64,000 nucleotides of DNA from Owenia fusiformis (Eukaryota). The position numbers and the translations under genes were made by a program. The notes beneath the pieces were generated by a model. The model ran no database searches. It was not told where the DNA came from and saw nothing but the letters and a program-made list of their open reading frames with translations. Below, in pieces: positions 63,940 through 64,000 of this stretch (its first letter is position 1; each line of letters opens with the position of its first letter). The stretch is from contig CAIIXF020000001.1 of assembly GCA_903813345.2 (NCBI GenBank), positions 40,982,001 to 41,046,000 of the forward strand, given 5' to 3'.

Positions 63940-64000
63940 GTGAGCTATCTTTGTTCAAATTGTTAGTTAGGATGTTTATGGCAAGATGAATACTATGTTT

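Overview
AT-rich, intron-rich animal genomic DNA. It looks like a marine invertebrate (lophotrochozoan-like repeat families), but the species cannot be fixed from sequence. Six spliced genes could be assembled by hand from GT-AG boundaries and reading phase: a C2H2 zinc-finger gene (-, runs off the left edge), CHMP5 (+, head-to-head with it), MRPL45 (+), an UNC-93-like MFS gene nested antisense in MRPL45 intron 3, a mucolipin/TRPML channel (-), and the 5' end of ECM29/ECPAS (+, head-to-head with mucolipin). Introns and intergenic DNA are full of non-autonomous DNA transposons (many with readable target-site duplications), Helentron-type elements and tandem satellites. The most striking system is in the mucolipin gene. 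The exon encoding the pore helix, NGDD selectivity filter and S6 is tandemly duplicated into two intact, same-phase, divergent copies. The intron between them folds, only in the transcribed orientation (G-U pairs), into a long stem covering the branch point of the second copy. This suggests RNA-structure-controlled, mutually exclusive choice of the channel pore. The same gene has an in-frame 661-nt exon encoding a 9-residue-periodic N-terminal extension. Also notable is a 3.5-kb palindromic Academ-type element built from two transposase 3' ends with a TTA target-site duplication. Gene names rest on recalled similarity to well-known proteins, not on database searches.
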